Part shown: positions 44,283-52,077 of the stretch, piece by piece
Layout of the letters: the number at the start of each line of letters is the position of its first letter
How positions within the stretch are numbered: the stretch's first letter is position 1
DNA from: a virus
IMG/VR virus record: IMGVR_UViG_3300028028_000001
Span: 32,001-96,000 of that record
Length of the DNA stretch: 64,000 bases
Reading direction: 5' to 3' (one strand)
The notes under the pieces: generated by a model
Seen by the model: the letters and a program-made list of their open reading frames with translations, nothing else
Told to the model about the DNA's origin: nothing
Database searches by the model: none
Translations under genes and position numbers: made by a program

Positions 44283-44546
44283 TCAGATCCCCGGGTGGGG
44301 ACCCGTGCGCCAGTCGAAGCCGCCGAGCACGGAGTCGAACCACTCGCCCGGGTCGGCTCCCCAGCCGTCTTCATCGTCTTCGTCGCCCGTGTCGTCGCCG
44401 TCGCCCGTGTCCTCGGTTTCGCCGGTGTCAGGATCGGGTTCGATCGGGGAATCCCATCCCGGCGGGTGGAATTCGTCCGGGATGACGCGGATCGTGGGGC
44501 CGTCGAGCGGACTGGCGGCGAGAAGGGCGAGAAGTAGGAATCTCAT
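44283..44546 (-). CDS. Secreted acidic protein (signal peptide)
   Basis: 'MRFLLLALLAASPLDG' followed by a D/E/G/T-rich region. ATGA overlap upstream. Confidence 0.55.
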   Translation of the reverse strand: MRFLLLALLAASPLDGPTIRVIPDEFHPPGWDSPIEPDPDTGETEDTGDGDDTGDEDDEDGWGADPGEWFDSVLGGFDWRTGPHPGI

Positions 44547-44704
44547 GGTTTCTCCTGTTTTGGTGGTTCAGTCTTGTGGGTAGTAACATGTTGAGCAGAA
44601 AGGGCAAGGCCTCGCGCGATTCGGGCGCGGCGGTAGAAGAATCGGAAGAGGTCAGCGAAAAGCCAGCCGAGAAGGAAACCGGCGATGAGAAGGGCGTAGT
44701 TCAT
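44543..44704 (-). CDS. Small single-pass membrane protein (53 aa)
   Basis: 'MNYALLIAGFLLGWLFADLF'. ATGA overlap with the radical-SAM stop. The RBS lies inside the 23-bp repeat. Confidence 0.5.
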   Translation of the reverse strand: MNYALLIAGFLLGWLFADLFRFFYRRARIARGLALSAQHVTTHKTEPPKQEKP

Positions 44705-45546
44705 CTCTCGATCTCCTGATTGGGTTCGCCGTCCAGAGGGCCGGCCAGTTTCGCGATCAATGCCGGTCGGAACCATCGCCGTTGAAAAGCGCGCCATTCT
44801 GGTTTGAATTGCCCGCCGTCATCTCGCCAGAGCATCGCGGCGGGAAAGATCCCAGTCTCCAGGACCGCTCGAAGCCGCGTTTCTGCTTTCTCGAAGGTGT
44901 CGCTCGGAAACCCGATCAGGACGTAGCAGCGGACCCGATGGCCCGCAAAGTGCTGTCCGGCTTCCTTGAGCACCTCCGCTGCCCGCTTGACGTGATCCCA
45001 ATCGTCAGGGGTGTCGTAGGCCAAGAAGATGCTTTCTGGGTGTAGTTTGACGAGAGCAGCGGCAACGTCGCGCGTTATCCGTTTCGGTTCGAGCCCGCCT
45101 GTGAATTGCGGACGTTTCGGTTGCCGAGCGAGCATGGCGAATACGTCGGTAATGTGCCCATCGGAGCAAGCTAATAGGTTGTCGTCGAGCACGTTCCAAC
45201 CATCATGAATCGAGAGTTCTCGGATTGTGCCTTCGCGCTTCGGTACAGAGCAGAACCAGCAGCGATTTGGGCACCCGCGAGACGTGATCGTGTAGCCGTG
45301 TCGGAGGTACTGGCCGGACTCGAAGTCACCTCCGGGCAGGCCAAGAGCAGGGCCGCCTACCTGGACAGGCGCAATCCTGGCCCACGAATCCGCAAGCATC
45401 CGAGCGACCGGGAGATCCCAGGTAAACGCCACCGATACCCTAACCTCTGTGATTCCGTCTGGAATGAACAGCGGGGGATCTCCGATGAACGTCAGCGGAT
45501 CGGTTGGCGTTGCTTGGGTTCGCCGTGGGAAAACGCGCGCAATCAT
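44701..45546 (-). CDS. Radical SAM protein
   Basis: 'SRGCPNRCWFCSV' is a CX3CX2C motif. Start set to ATG 45546 (ATGA overlap, AGGAGA RBS). Confidence 0.85.
   Translation of the reverse strand: MIARVFPRRTQATPTDPLTFIGDPPLFIPDGITEVRVSVAFTWDLPVARMLADSWARIAPVQVGGPALGLPGGDFESGQYLRHGYTITSRGCPNRCWFCSVPKREGTIRELSIHDGWNVLDDNLLACSDGHITDVFAMLARQPKRPQFTGGLEPKRITRDVAAALVKLHPESIFLAYDTPDDWDHVKRAAEVLKEAGQHFAGHRVRCYVLIGFPSDTFEKAETRLRAVLETGIFPAAMLWRDDGGQFKPEWRAFQRRWFRPALIAKLAGPLDGEPNQEIER
44711..44733 (-). repeat. 23-bp direct repeat, copy 1
   Basis: ATCTCCTGATTGGGTTCGCCGTC (+ strand), identical to 45553-45575. Encodes 'DGEPNQEI' and provides the AGGAGA RBS of the next gene. Confidence 0.95.
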
Positions 45547-46505
45547 GGAGCTATCTCCTGATTGGGTTCGCCGTCGCCAGGAAACTCCCGCCATTCCCGA
45601 CCGTCGATAATTGCCCCGGTGTTGTGCTTTCCGAGGCGAGAAAGAATAGTCACCGGGAAAGCGTCTTCATCGCGGGCCCGCATGAAGTCGATACCCATGT
45701 TCAGAACGCGCCCCTTCTTGTCCATGCAGGCATCCGTCCTGGAAATATGGGTACTGGCCTTGCTGACCCAACGCTGATAGTTCCACATTTCATCGAATAC
45801 CGGCATCCCGTTACACATATCCACCATTCCGGGCCCGTATTCCCCCCACTGTTTAAAAAAATACGGAACCCCAGCGGCCAAACACTGATCGCGCAACCCA
45901 CGAACCCAATCCGGATGGGTAGGCCGCGCGTTCGGGCCCGACTCACCGCCAGCGATAACCCAATGGATCCCGTCCAGATTCAACTGGATAGGCCCAAGAA
46001 GAGGCTCGCAGGACAGGAAGCGAACGGGCGCTTTGACCTGTCGAAGGAACGGATACCGCTCATCGAAGCGCTGTTGATTCTCGGCAGTGACCCCGGCCCA
46101 GGCGTTGATCGGCCACCAGTAGGACCGATTCCAGGCCAGCATCGCCTCGGGTCGCTTCGTCAGGAGTTGCCAGATCAGCCCGCGCTTGGTTTCCTCGATG
46201 AGTTCCCAGAGTCGTCGCCGGGCCATGACGAGTTCGGGAAGTTCCTCGAACACGTCGCACGTCGAGCCGCAAAAGACCTTGACCCGCGTGCCTTCCTTCT
46301 CGGCCTTTCGACTCCAGGCGATCGGCTGCTTCCAGTAGGAGTCGCTGGCCATCACCCGAGGATGATCGCCCCATTCCGCGTGGCGTCTCATGCCGGGCGG
46401 TAGGGTTTCGGCGTAGCAGTTTTTGCAGGCCTCGGAGACCTTTCGGCATCCTGACCATGGATTGAAGGTATTTCCGGTCCACGCTATGTTGGAGTTTTCG
46501 CTCAT
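45543..46505 (-). CDS. DUF5131 (phage Gp37/Gp68) family protein
   Basis: 'NIAWTGNTFNPWSGCRKVSEACKNCYAE' is the family's N-terminal signature. 320 aa. Confidence 0.85.
   Translation of the reverse strand: MSENSNIAWTGNTFNPWSGCRKVSEACKNCYAETLPPGMRRHAEWGDHPRVMASDSYWKQPIAWSRKAEKEGTRVKVFCGSTCDVFEELPELVMARRRLWELIEETKRGLIWQLLTKRPEAMLAWNRSYWWPINAWAGVTAENQQRFDERYPFLRQVKAPVRFLSCEPLLGPIQLNLDGIHWVIAGGESGPNARPTHPDWVRGLRDQCLAAGVPYFFKQWGEYGPGMVDMCNGMPVFDEMWNYQRWVSKASTHISRTDACMDKKGRVLNMGIDFMRARDEDAFPVTILSRLGKHNTGAIIDGREWREFPGDGEPNQEIAP
45553..45575 (-). repeat. 23-bp direct repeat, copy 2
   Basis: Perfect match to 44711-44733, 842 nt apart. Together they bracket the radical-SAM gene. Confidence 0.95.
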
Positions 46506-46632
46506 TTTCTGCTCCCGTCCGAAGTGTAAAATCGTGAGAGTTCAAACTCAATCAGCCGGGCCAGAAGGGCGCGCGCAACAGCCGAGAGATGGATACACGT
46601 TGCGGCCTTTCTTTCGGCATAGATACGGCGAG

Positions 46633-47004
46633 TCATCCCTTCACCTCAATAATCGCCTTGGCAATGGCGATCCCTTCGGAATCATGCCAGCCGGTGATAC
46701 GTTCCGAAAAGTCCGCGACTGCCCAGCCGTTCAAGGGGTCGTAGCGGGTGGAAAGGAACGGGCGGTTTGTGAGTTCTCGGAGGCCTTGTAGTAGGGCGCC
46801 ACGCGTGGCTCCATCGGAAAGGGCAGGATACCAACCGAGGGTGCTTCTGTTGAACATGGTAGCACCTGCGCCGTCACCGTATGGGTGTGGTAGTGTGCCG
46901 GTGACTCGGACTTGGTTTCGCCCAAAGACCGCGAGCATCCCCTCCCGCCAGCACTCCGGCCAGGCCCTAACGAGTTCTTGGGCTACTTCGGTTTCGTGGG
47001 TCAT
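46633..47004 (-). CDS. Hypothetical protein
   Basis: ATG 47004 with AAGGAGG RBS and an ATGA overlap upstream. Confidence 0.6.
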   Translation of the reverse strand: MTHETEVAQELVRAWPECWREGMLAVFGRNQVRVTGTLPHPYGDGAGATMFNRSTLGWYPALSDGATRGALLQGLRELTNRPFLSTRYDPLNGWAVADFSERITGWHDSEGIAIAKAIIEVKG

Positions 47005-47144
47005 GATTCCTCCTTGAATTCGAAATACCAAACCGTCTCGCAATGCGGGCATTTCCACGCGGGGCAACCTGCATAAACAATGTCCGTAAGCCACTCGGGG
47101 AGCACGTCCAGGCCGCAGGATGGACAGTGGAAAAGCGGAGTCAT
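47001..47144 (-). CDS. Small zinc-ribbon protein (47 aa)
   Basis: 'CPSCG...CPHC'. ATGA overlaps at both ends. Confidence 0.5.
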   Translation of the reverse strand: MTPLFHCPSCGLDVLPEWLTDIVYAGCPAWKCPHCETVWYFEFKEES

Positions 47145-47314
47145 GGCCTCATCACTCCGAAAAGCAAACCAAAGAGGCAGGAGCAAACCCAGAAGAGCCA
47201 AGCAGGTTCCTGGCCAAGGTGAATGTCGTACCCGCCGACGAGCCCGGCAAGAAGGCCAAGAAGAGGCCACCTTTTCCCGTAGGCGTATAGGGCGAGGGGG
47301 ATTGCGAGGATCAC
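47141..47314 (-). CDS. Small two-TM membrane protein (57 aa); absent from the ORF track
   Basis: My translation: VILAIPLALYAYGKRWPLLGLLAGLVGGYDIHLGQEPAWLFWVCSCLFGLLFGVMRP. GGAGG RBS, GTGA overlap upstream, ATGA overlap downstream. Confidence 0.5.
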   Translation of the reverse strand: MILAIPLALYAYGKRWPLLGLLAGLVGGYDIHLGQEPAWLFWVCSCLFGLLFGVMRP

Positions 47315-47508
47315 GGAGTTACCTCCACAACGACATCAGCAAATTCCACCCGGTCAATCGACTGCCGGATGATGTTGGCCTGTTTCTCGGCTTCGGACGG
47401 GTCGAACCAGAGCGCTTGCCTCTTCGTCTTGGTCAGGAGAAAAGCCGGCTTTGTTGAGCGGACGAATCTCCGGAAACCGTTGGAGGAGCGGAGGAGGATG
47501 GTGGTCAT
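47311..47508 (-). CDS. Hypothetical protein (65 aa)
   Basis: Internal ATG 47508 forms an ATGA overlap with the upstream stop. Confidence 0.5.
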   Translation of the reverse strand: MTTILLRSSNGFRRFVRSTKPAFLLTKTKRQALWFDPSEAEKQANIIRQSIDRVEFADVVVEVTP

Positions 47509-47909
47509 CTCTTCCTCGCTTCCCAAGCCGCAAGAGTCGCGGGAACGTCGAATCGCGCGCCATACGGGTACCGGTAGCCCGTCGCGCGTTGCCATGGCTG
47601 CTCATCGGAATTCCCGACTTCGCGCAGGTAGACCCGAGCCGGCGTTACCCGTGTGATAACATACTCATCCTTTGGCGCATGAATCCAGACCGGACGGGGA
47701 AGAGCCTGATCTTTCTCGGTTTGCTCCAGGCGCGCAAGTTTCGCTTGAGCCTGCGGAATCAAGCCGTCCCGGGACCATCCCATCAGGATGGAGTCGCGCC
47801 GTTCCAGGGCCTCGATGCTCATTTGATGCGCAGCGATGTTTGCCGCAATGTCAACCCGCTCCTGTTGGAGTCGGGCTATGGTGGCACGGGCCTCTTCGAT
47901 CGGGGTCAT
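47505..47909 (-). CDS. Hypothetical protein
   Basis: ATGA overlaps at both ends. Coiled-coil N-terminus. Confidence 0.6.
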   Translation of the reverse strand: MTPIEEARATIARLQQERVDIAANIAAHQMSIEALERRDSILMGWSRDGLIPQAQAKLARLEQTEKDQALPRPVWIHAPKDEYVITRVTPARVYLREVGNSDEQPWQRATGYRYPYGARFDVPATLAAWEARKR

Positions 47910-48205
47910 TTGCCCACCTCCTGAACCCGCCAGACTTCGGCGGACGGGGTCATCTCCGCGATCTCGGTCCCCGGAAAGTTGACGCAGGCGATCCGGGTGT
48001 AGGAAACGCCGTACAAGGCCGCCAGCGCGTCCCTACGGCTCTTTGAGTTCGGGGAGCGCGTACCACGCTCCCACTCGCTGACGGTGTGAGGCGGGAGGGA
48101 GAGGGCCGTCTCTACGGCCTTCTGGGTCAGACCTGCTTCCCTGCGCAGTTGCCGCAGTCCGTAGCCGTGGCATTTTTGGAGCCAGCGATCGATGGGGTCG
48201 GTCAT
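47906..48205 (-). CDS. XRE-family helix-turn-helix transcriptional regulator
   Basis: 'LRQLRREAGLTQKAVETALSLPPHTVSEWERGTRSPN'. Confidence 0.8.
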   Translation of the reverse strand: MTDPIDRWLQKCHGYGLRQLRREAGLTQKAVETALSLPPHTVSEWERGTRSPNSKSRRDALAALYGVSYTRIACVNFPGTEIAEMTPSAEVWRVQEVGK

Positions 48206-48549
48206 GGCTTCCTCACTGCCAGTCTCAACTCATCCCGCTGGATGGTCAAGGACAGGATTTTCTCGCGGAGTCGGCCCTGCTCGACAAGGAACGACTCCAC
48301 CACGCGAGCCCAGCTCTCGGAGTACGGATAGACGGAGTAGTTCACGCCGGGTTGGACTCGTTCTATAAGCGAGTGTTTCCGATCCGTTAAGCCGATGATA
48401 TCGGCCTCCACTTCAATGTAGTTCGGATGCCGTTCCATCCGGGTGATTTCCCCGATCCACCATCCTTCTGGATGGTTGACCGAGTCCACTTCGATGATGC
48501 ACTTCTGCCCTACCTTGGGCGTTTCTTCGGATTTCCATTGACCGGACAT
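48202..48549 (-). CDS. Hypothetical protein (115 aa)
   Basis: ATG 48549 lies 2 nt after the upstream TAG. The longer 244-aa ORF N-terminus is an alternate frame of the L12-like gene. Confidence 0.55.
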   Translation of the reverse strand: MSGQWKSEETPKVGQKCIIEVDSVNHPEGWWIGEITRMERHPNYIEVEADIIGLTDRKHSLIERVQPGVNYSVYPYSESWARVVESFLVEQGRLREKILSLTIQRDELRLAVRKP

Positions 48550-48551
48550 TT

Positions 48552-48929
48552 CTACTCCTTCACGATCGCACCGGATTCCCGGAGCATCCGGGCGGCGGCG
48601 GCGAGGGTGACCGTGGAACCGCTCCGATCGCATCGCAGTTCCGACTGCCCGATGGTGGTTGGCGCGGCTTCGACGAGGTTCTTGGCCTCCATGAGACCGA
48701 TGCCGGTCAACTCGCGGATCGCCTTGATGACGTTGATCTTGTTCTCGCCCCATGAGACGAGGAGGATCGCGTCGCCGGGAATGGGCACGTCCATCTTGGA
48801 GAGAGTCGCGGTCTTCTCTGCGATGGCGCCGCGGAGTATCTCCGCTCGCGTCAACGCATCGCGGCCGATCCGCTCCAGTTCCTCCGCTCTCGCGCGGAGT
48901 ACTTCGATTTCCTGTTTCAATCGTTCCAT
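48552..48929 (-). CDS. Protein with a coiled-coil N-terminus and a ribosomal protein L7/L12 C-terminal domain
   Basis: 'NKINVIKAIRELTGIGLMEAKNLVEAAP...LRESGAIVKE' aligns by eye with E. coli bL12 '[28 protein letters not shown]...LEEAGAEVEVK'. Confidence 0.8.
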   Translation of the reverse strand: MERLKQEIEVLRARAEELERIGRDALTRAEILRGAIAEKTATLSKMDVPIPGDAILLVSWGENKINVIKAIRELTGIGLMEAKNLVEAAPTTIGQSELRCDRSGSTVTLAAAARMLRESGAIVKE

Positions 48930-49000
48930 GTTTCACTTCCTTTCCTCTCTGTCATACCCGGTTAGCGAGAGTCTGTCAACGCGATTCCGTGGAATACTTC

Positions 49001-49249
49001 TCACCAGGGGATAGAACCACGATACCAAGCCACTTTCCCGCGAGTCGGCACGCCGAGGATCAAGGTGAGAGGATCGCCACGGGACCATGGCCAGGCCACG
49101 ACGCAAGCGGCGGATCCCTTCGGCAAGGTCCCGAGATACCGGCTTACATCGGGTAGAATCATCTCCCCGGAGTAGAGGAGGATCGCCACGTCTTCGGCTC
49201 GGCAAGGCGATAACTGCGCCTCGCCGACTTTGGCGCGGTCGCTAATCAC
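49001..49249 (-). CDS. Hypothetical protein
   Basis: ATGA overlap with the helicase stop. Confidence 0.5.
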   Translation of the reverse strand: MISDRAKVGEAQLSPCRAEDVAILLYSGEMILPDVSRYLGTLPKGSAACVVAWPWSRGDPLTLILGVPTRGKVAWYRGSIPW

Positions 49250-51228
49250 CGACGAAACCCCACAATCTGCGAAATAGTTGTTTCTCGCCGTTCTATGGCT
49301 CGGCAGTCCACCGCGCGGAGACCAGGATGGCTCGTTAGCCCTGTCGGCTTCCCTTCCCTAAAGGTTTTCGTCCATACCTTCGGCTTTTTCCAGGCGTCGG
49401 GAGCGCTCTTTCGGCACGTCTGACAGAACCAGAATAGCCGATCGGAGAGGACGTAAGGCGAGCCGCAAGAGCAGGTATCGTGCCGCCAGTCCTGCACGCG
49501 GGCACGGGATGAGGCGGCCTCGATCAAGATGTCCACCTCGCCCTTCGTCATAGCCGAGAAGTCACGTTTCAACCCGAGACCGGAAAGGCGCTTGATATCC
49601 GCCGGAGTAGCCGGTTTCCCCTTCCAGTCTTCGGCCGTCGCACCGCGCACTTTCCTATCCAAAAGCCACTTCTGCCCGAATCGGATAGCCTCGCCCTTGT
49701 CGGTGAACGTGCCGATCTTTGTAGGATCCTCCTTGTTCAGGATGGACCAGACTTCAAACCGATCGCATATATGCACGGTCCATCGGTCCTTTTCCGAGGA
49801 ACCGTATGGAGTACCAGCAAAGAGACCGGACGGGGCGGCCCGATCCGACAAGCCGGAAGCCGTCCATGTCTTCTGGTACTCGTAAAAGCCGATATCTTCC
49901 GTCGCTTTCTGGCCACCGAGGAGGAAGATTTCGTAAGACTTGACGCCTGATATCCGGGGCTCGATCGTCAGAAGTTCTGGCGTATCAAGCAGGGTTTGCT
50001 TCGGGCGGTCAAGTTCGGAAAGGGGGTGTTTTGAACGGGCGGTCTTCCACTGGACGCTCGCGATCCGCTCTTCGATGGCCTCGATACATCCGATACCCTG
50101 GTCTTCATGGTGGCGACGAACACATAGATCGCCGGGTTTCCACTCCCTTTTCTCGGTTGGCGAGGTGCGGGAGAGGTCAACCAGATCGGAGAGGTCAAGA
50201 GGGCAGCCGTTGTCCACGAGGTCAATGAAAAGGGCGTCGGGCTTACCTTTCCGCAATGAACGTCCGAGCATCTGGACGAAGACGATCCGGGATTGAGTCG
50301 GCCTGGCCTTGAGGATCGCCGCGCAGTTCGGGGCGTCGAATCCCTCCCGGATGAGGTCCACGGAAACGACCACGGGGATAGCGCCAACCTTGAAGCCATC
50401 TACTACCGCGCGACGGTCTTTCATCGCTCCCCAGGCCGCCCGGGCCGGAATACCGGCCTCCTGGAAGGCCTCGGTAAGGTGCTGCGCGTGCTCGACCGTG
50501 ACCGCAAAGACGAGGGTCGGGCGAGCTCCGCAACGGGAAAGGTACTGCTCGACCACCAGCCGGTTACGGTCTGGCGTGTCGATGGCCTTGGCGAGGTCCA
50601 CCGCCTGCCAGTCGTCGCCGATCGTGCGAACCGAGGAGAGATCGATGGAGGTCTTGACCCGGAAGGATTGGAGTTGGCAGAGGTCGCCGTTCTCGATCGC
50701 TTCACGGATCCCGTACTCGTAGACTACCGCCTGGAACACGTCGCCCAGGCCAGACGTTCCGCCTTTCGGGGCGCTGCGGAAGGGGGTCGCGGTCATGCCC
50801 ACCGTCTTACATGCGAAGTGGTCAATAATCCTTTTTCGGGACGGCGCTGTGTAGTGGTGCACCTCGTCCGGCAAGAGAAGATCGATTTTCGGCGCGGTCG
50901 CCAGTCGCTTGGGGGTCAGGGATTGCGCGGACGCCACAATGATCGGGCCGGTCCAATCGTCCAGTTTCGCCATTACAATGGAGCATTTTCCGATCCGGGC
51001 GATCCGGTTGGCAAGGTCGGTTACCAGTTCCTCCCGCTCCGTCGTGATTAGGACGCGCTTTCCTTTGTCGGCGGCGGCTTGGGCGATGCCGGAGATTAGA
51101 TTCCCTTTTCCCGTTCCAGTTGCGGCGCTGATAATGATCCGGTCCCAGGTTTTGAGTCCGGATCGGGCGGCTTGGAAGGCCTCTTCCTGCCACTTTCTTG
51201 GGGGTTGGTTCGGGGGGTGGGGGAACAT
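49246..51228 (-). CDS. SF2 DEAD/DEAH-box DNA helicase with a C-terminal Zn-ribbon extension
   Basis: 'AATGTGKG' (Walker A), 'LLLPDEVHHY', 'MTATPFR', 'QMLGRSLR', and a C-terminal 'CSCGS...CQTC'. Confidence 0.9.
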   Translation of the reverse strand: MFPHPPNQPPRKWQEEAFQAARSGLKTWDRIIISAATGTGKGNLISGIAQAAADKGKRVLITTEREELVTDLANRIARIGKCSIVMAKLDDWTGPIIVASAQSLTPKRLATAPKIDLLLPDEVHHYTAPSRKRIIDHFACKTVGMTATPFRSAPKGGTSGLGDVFQAVVYEYGIREAIENGDLCQLQSFRVKTSIDLSSVRTIGDDWQAVDLAKAIDTPDRNRLVVEQYLSRCGARPTLVFAVTVEHAQHLTEAFQEAGIPARAAWGAMKDRRAVVDGFKVGAIPVVVSVDLIREGFDAPNCAAILKARPTQSRIVFVQMLGRSLRKGKPDALFIDLVDNGCPLDLSDLVDLSRTSPTEKREWKPGDLCVRRHHEDQGIGCIEAIEERIASVQWKTARSKHPLSELDRPKQTLLDTPELLTIEPRISGVKSYEIFLLGGQKATEDIGFYEYQKTWTASGLSDRAAPSGLFAGTPYGSSEKDRWTVHICDRFEVWSILNKEDPTKIGTFTDKGEAIRFGQKWLLDRKVRGATAEDWKGKPATPADIKRLSGLGLKRDFSAMTKGEVDILIEAASSRARVQDWRHDTCSCGSPYVLSDRLFWFCQTCRKSAPDAWKKPKVWTKTFREGKPTGLTSHPGLRAVDCRAIERRETTISQIVGFRR

Positions 51229-51239
51229 GTAAGCAATCC

Positions 51240-51692
51240 TTACAGGTTCACGCGCCGGATCATCTCGGCTTCAATGCGCTTGATAAGTTGCCACTTCGTT
51301 CCAACGTGGTCCACTCCGATCGATTGGGCCGCCTTGACGACTTCGGCCTTCGGGTCGTTGTAGGTGACTTTCCGCCCGTACAACGCGCCAAACTTGAGCC
51401 ACGCCCGTTCCTTGATTTCGTACTGGCGATCCTGTTCTTCCTTCCTCTCCTGCTCTTCCTTGGCTCTTTGTGAGGCCAACTTTTCCCGGATCGCCGTCTC
51501 GTCTATCTCCAGGGGCCGGCGCCATGCCCAGACCGGATCGGGTTCGAGCCGGATGACCGCCACGGGTTCCCACGCGCTTAACGCTGCCATGCCTTCGGGG
51601 AGCGGTGGGAGATCCTCTTCTGCTGACGCCGTTCCTATTTGCCACTTGTCGATTTGCATATGAAGTTCCAGGGAGAGTTTGGGGGTTGGCAT
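51240..51692 (-). CDS. Hypothetical protein with a SAP/HeH-like C-terminal motif
   Basis: Start moved to the internal ATG just after the upstream stop. 'GVDHVGTKWQLIKRIEAEM'. Confidence 0.5.
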   Translation of the reverse strand: MPTPKLSLELHMQIDKWQIGTASAEEDLPPLPEGMAALSAWEPVAVIRLEPDPVWAWRRPLEIDETAIREKLASQRAKEEQERKEEQDRQYEIKERAWLKFGALYGRKVTYNDPKAEVVKAAQSIGVDHVGTKWQLIKRIEAEMIRRVNL

Positions 51693-51696
51693 GGGT

Positions 51697-52077
51697 TCAC
51701 GGTTTGGGAATGAAGAAAGGATCATCCCATGGCGGATAGGAAACGACAGGAATCCCCTTCGCCCGCGCAAACGCGACTTCCGTTTCCAACCCGGCGGATA
51801 CCTCCATCGGCGCGCATCTCCAAACGGCATCGCAGACTGCCACAAGCGCAAGGTCCCGAGAGATGTAAAAGCCCTGTGGATCCTTGGGATTCGTGAGTCC
51901 CGCTTCGTGCATCAGGTGATGGTGGATCCATGAGACCACCACGAACCCGCTATTTGTTGCGAGCGCGCAGAAGGCCAGGTATCGGCGGATATTGCGCTCC
52001 TTGTTGCCCCATTCCGGGGAGCCGTCGCCTTGTAGGGGGTGGGCTATGTAGATTAGGGGGCCGGGGTGGGGGTTCAT
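51697..52077 (-). CDS. Nucleoside 2-deoxyribosyltransferase-like protein (DUF1937/DUF4406-like)
   Basis: 'LIYIAHPLQGD...NIRRYLAFCA...CDAVWRCAPMEVSAGLETEVAFARAKGIPVV'. ATGA overlap at 52077. Confidence 0.65.
   Translation of the reverse strand: MNPHPGPLIYIAHPLQGDGSPEWGNKERNIRRYLAFCALATNSGFVVVSWIHHHLMHEAGLTNPKDPQGFYISRDLALVAVCDAVWRCAPMEVSAGLETEVAFARAKGIPVVSYPPWDDPFFIPKP

Noticed and set aside
48550-48936. N-terminal 129 aa of the 244-aa ORF 48202..48936
   Set aside because: It is an alternate frame of the L7/L12-CTD gene and its sequence is Arg/Asp/His-rich nonsense. The downstream part has its own ATG 2 nt after the L12-like stop.
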